Shown here: piece by piece, positions 60,750-64,000 of the stretch
Numbering within the stretch: the stretch's first letter is position 1
How the letters are laid out: each line of letters starts with the position of its first letter
Assembly: GCA_021613535.1 (NCBI GenBank)
Contig: CP075492.1
Location: 2,108,001 to 2,172,000, forward strand
Direction of reading: 5' to 3'
Origin: Adineta vaga
Lineage: Eukaryota > Animalia > Rotifera
Length of the DNA: 64,000 nucleotides
Translations under genes and position numbers: made by a program
The notes under the pieces: generated by a model
The model's input: only the letters and a program-made list of their open reading frames with translations
The model's database searches: none
What the model was told of the DNA's origin: nothing

Positions 60750-60963
60750 TTGAGGGTGAGGGTGTGGGTGTGGGTGGGTGTGTGTGGGTGTGGGTGGGTG
60801 GGTGAGGGTGGGTGGGTGTGTGTGTGGGTGTGGGTGTAGACGAATGACAGATCTACACCTCTACCCTCACCCACACCCACACCCACACCCCACCCACACC
60901 CACACCCCACCCACACCCACACCCCACCCACACCCACACCCCACCCACACCCACACCCTCAAT
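60749..60963. repeat. Head-to-head telomere-repeat scar
   Basis: ATTGAGGGTGAGGGTGTGGG...GGGTGTAGA-CGAATGACAGA-TCTACAC...CACACCCTCAAT. Confidence 0.95.
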
Positions 60964-61461
60964 GAGAATCCCAGAAGCATGATGAAAACCTCAGAAACAC
61001 TCACTATAGTCTCAGGATTTCTGTCGTAATTCCCAGATTCTTATGATACTCCGAGGATTTTTAGAATTCTCATTATACTCGTAGAGATCTCGGATCCCAG
61101 GAATCCGCCGTTTCTCTCTTGAACATATCTTTTTTAAATAGGAAGAAAACTGTTTCTTTTGCCATCATCAGGTCTTCATTTCGCGGATTCTTTTTTCATG
61201 CACTACTGTCTACATACCCTAACTTACCTTCTTGTTTCACAAGATTTGTCCCAAAATCTATATCAATTGCAGCTGAAAACACAGCAAAAAATAAAAGAGC
61301 TAACAACGTTTTCATTATCTTTTACGCCTCCGAATGCTTGTTGGTAATAAAACAAACTGCTCGTATTATATTACTTTGAAGCAAGTCGACATATGCTTTT
61401 TTTCTCTGCAATTTTTCGTAGAATCGCACGATGCATGTGCTCTTATCTATGATAAATATGT

Positions 61462-61930
61462 ACACTGTAAAAAAAAAGTCGAGAATAATCAACAATAAAA
61501 TCGTTTTTGATGTCCAAATAAGCGAAAAAAGAGTTTATGAATTTGCAACGTCAAAATAATATATATGGCATGAGATTTTAAACAAAAATGAAATGAAATA
61601 AAGTAGATATTTTAACGTTTTATTTAAATACAAGAATATTTGATCTTATACGATCATTTTCAACAAAAACACAATCTTTACAACGACAATATAATCTTTC
61701 GACAATAAGTTGTAATTTTGTCAATACATAAATAGATTCACTTGATCTAAATAGTGGATTTATAAAACGAGCAAATATATTTATTGTCAAAAGATTATGT
61801 TGTCATCAAGTATTGTTGTTATGTTTGTGTTGTATGTGAAGATCTTAAAATAAAACGTCAAAATACCTACTTTATTTCATTTCATTAAAATTAAATTTTT
61901 TTATTTATCGATTTTCATTTCGACGAAATA
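61462..61930. mobile_element. Degenerate fold-back/MITE-like element
   Basis: Starts CACTGTAAAAAA; internal inverted repeat AAATGAAATAAAGTAG..ACGTTTTATTT (~61590) / AAATAAAACGT..CTACTTTATTTCATTT (~61850). Confidence 0.45.
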
Positions 61931-62055
61931 TATTTGAATATTCTTCGAAATGATAAAATAACAAACATGTGACATATTTTCCCATAAGTATATTCGTCAA
62001 TTTAAATCGAAATCTATATAAACTTCAATTTTTTATTCAGAATAATAATAATAGA

Positions 62056-62367
62056 ATGCATTCAAGTATACTGATTAGTATTCTCCTAGTTATGACGATT
62101 ACTGTTGTACTAGGTATTAATATTCAACATGCATATTTATCATCTAATCAACAATCGATTTTCAATGAAAATAGCGTTGGTATTGATAATTTTCAAGTAG
62201 TAAAAGGTTAGTTATTCTATTAATAAAATAATTAAATTTCTATATAAATGAATATATATTTTCAAGATCAACAAGATGGATCTCGTAATTTTCGAGGTTG
62301 GGGTGGAGGTGGGAGTTGGAGTAGTGGCGGAGGTTTTGGTGGAGGTGGCGCTAGTGGTGGATGGTAA
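62056..62367 (+). CDS. Small secreted peptide precursor with a Gly/Trp-rich C-terminus (exons 62056-62206, 62267-62367)
   Basis: Signal peptide MHSSILISILLVMTITVVLG; phase-1 intron; ends RGWGGGGSWSSGGGFGGGGASGGW*; AATAAA downstream. Confidence 0.8.
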
Positions 62368-63022
62368 TTATTATCAATCCAAAATATTTTAATAAAATGA
62401 CTTAAAAATCTATTTATAAAATATGCATCTTTTTTTTTGATTAAATAATAAATAAATATTGTTCAAGATGATTCGTTTGACCTTCAACTAATTGTTTGTT
62501 AATTGAAGATAAAATAGTCTTAAAGAATGTTTCTCATGGAAATGCGTGCTTTAATCCTTAGTCATTGTCGGGGGACCCATTTCACAGATTTTTCTTTCAA
62601 AGTGCATCAAGAGTTTCTGTGTTGGACTAATCTATTTATCTAATCTTTAGACTTATGTCGGTCTATATCATCCTTATATGAAATCATAGATAAGTCTTAT
62701 AGATGAAAAACACAGCTGTGGGTTTGAGTGGACCCTATGTCAATTTGGTAGGGCAGAAATCGATAGGATCAATGAATTTTCGATCATTTCATGGAACGGG
62801 ATTCCAACTTCGTATCCAGGCATTAGTTTCCAGTGTAGTTCCAATTGAATCTCTGATACGGATATATGAATCGAGATTTTTAGATTTGAAATCTTTGCTT
62901 TAGATTTTCTTTATTAATCTACATTTTAAGTAAACAAATATTTTAGAGTATTCTCATATACAATCAATGAAAAGGATATGGAAGTCTAACACTGATTCCG
63001 ATGACGACAATCATGAAAAGGA

Positions 63023-63087
63023 TATCTTGAGGGTGAGGATGTGGATGTTGTCTCGTTACCTACATCTTCATCTATATTCACACCCTA
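63023..63087. repeat. Old, degenerate head-to-head telomere-repeat scar
   Basis: TATCTTGAGGGTGAGGATGTGGATGT..CCTACATCTTCATCTATATTCACACCCT. Confidence 0.65.
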
Positions 63088-64000
63088 ATTTTATTTTTAA
63101 TGCGTATTATTTCTCGATTATATTCTCTTTATCATTCTTCAAATCCAATATTTAATCGAAACTTTTGTAAAGCTTAAGGTTATTTAATAGAAATCAGTGC
63201 AATGTTATATCGATAGTTATTAACAATTGCTTGTTAACTTCATCAAAATTCTCGCCTTCGTCTTTTTTCAACTGCATCAATTGCACGAAAAATAGTTGCC
63301 TTATTTTATATTCGTTCGAAGAATAGATTATATAACTTGTATGATATCAACAGATTAACTAGCAAGTGACTCATTTATGCAATTATTTACAAAAGTAACA
63401 AGTCTTATGATTTATAATCATGGAGAACGATTTCGTAATAAACAAAGAATTGCTCTCAATGATTTAACTATGGAACAGTAACATGAAAAACAAAATGATT
63501 TACTAATGATTGTATTTTATTGAAATTAGTTTTTGTGCAGAATTCGTACTATGATATAATATCTTCTGTTTTAATTGTCATTTGATGTTAATATATATAC
63601 AATGGGAGAAGATGTTTCAGGTATCACAATTCAATAATTGTAATCTATAAATCTTATTTTCTTTTACTTTACTATTTTAGTTGAATAACTTATTGATCGA
63701 CAGCAATATAATAGACTTAATTTTTTTCCTTATTTCTTTTCTTTTATTATAAAAATTTTCAATATATTCATTTCTAAAGTATTTGTACTCTTTTATTTTA
63801 AAAATTTTCTCTAAAATCACTATAATATGGTACTAATAAAAACAGTGATCGATACAAAATTATATACACATCCTTAAAACGGGCCGACTTACTTATTCAA
63901 TTCGATCGAACAACACCACAATCAACGCTCTACCAGAACAAGTAGGTGTCCGATGCTATTGGACTTCGTTGACGACCGCCTGCACTATTCCACATCCTAA

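Overview
AT-rich eukaryotic DNA with short GT-AG introns, very probably from a bdelloid rotifer (inferred from TGTGGG/TGAGGG telomere repeats, intron-containing endonuclease-less Athena RTs, and ART-TPR, EGF-GPCR and bacterial-type GH78 and kelch genes). The window is a patchwork of host genes, pseudogenes and broken transposons (piggyBac, MULE, Helitron, Tc1, hAT MITEs) joined at about 20 interstitial telomere-repeat tracts. These tracts follow a consistent grammar. (i) Short head-to-head scars read (A/T)TCTTGAGGG(TGTGGG)n-TGTAG..10-15 nt..CTACA(CCCACA)nCCCTCAAGAT and join unrelated, truncated sequences without a TSD. (ii) Other tracts prime the 3' ends of RNA-derived modules: Athena/terminon ends carrying type I hammerhead ribozymes, and a three-copy tRNA-headed ~215-nt element ending in TTTTCAAAC(T/A)CACCC. 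Together these suggest a double-strand-break healing system in which both ends get de novo telomere repeats, are optionally extended by telomere-primed retrotransposition, and are then re-fused. Other highlights are a ~440-nt hairpin with a type III hammerhead on each strand, a GC-rich GPCR fragment telomere-capped at both ends, a cathepsin L with a silicatein-like Cys-to-Ser active site, and a three-repeat 2-TM protein that may be a concatenated trimer. All calls were made by eye. No database search was run, and boundaries marked ~ are approximate.
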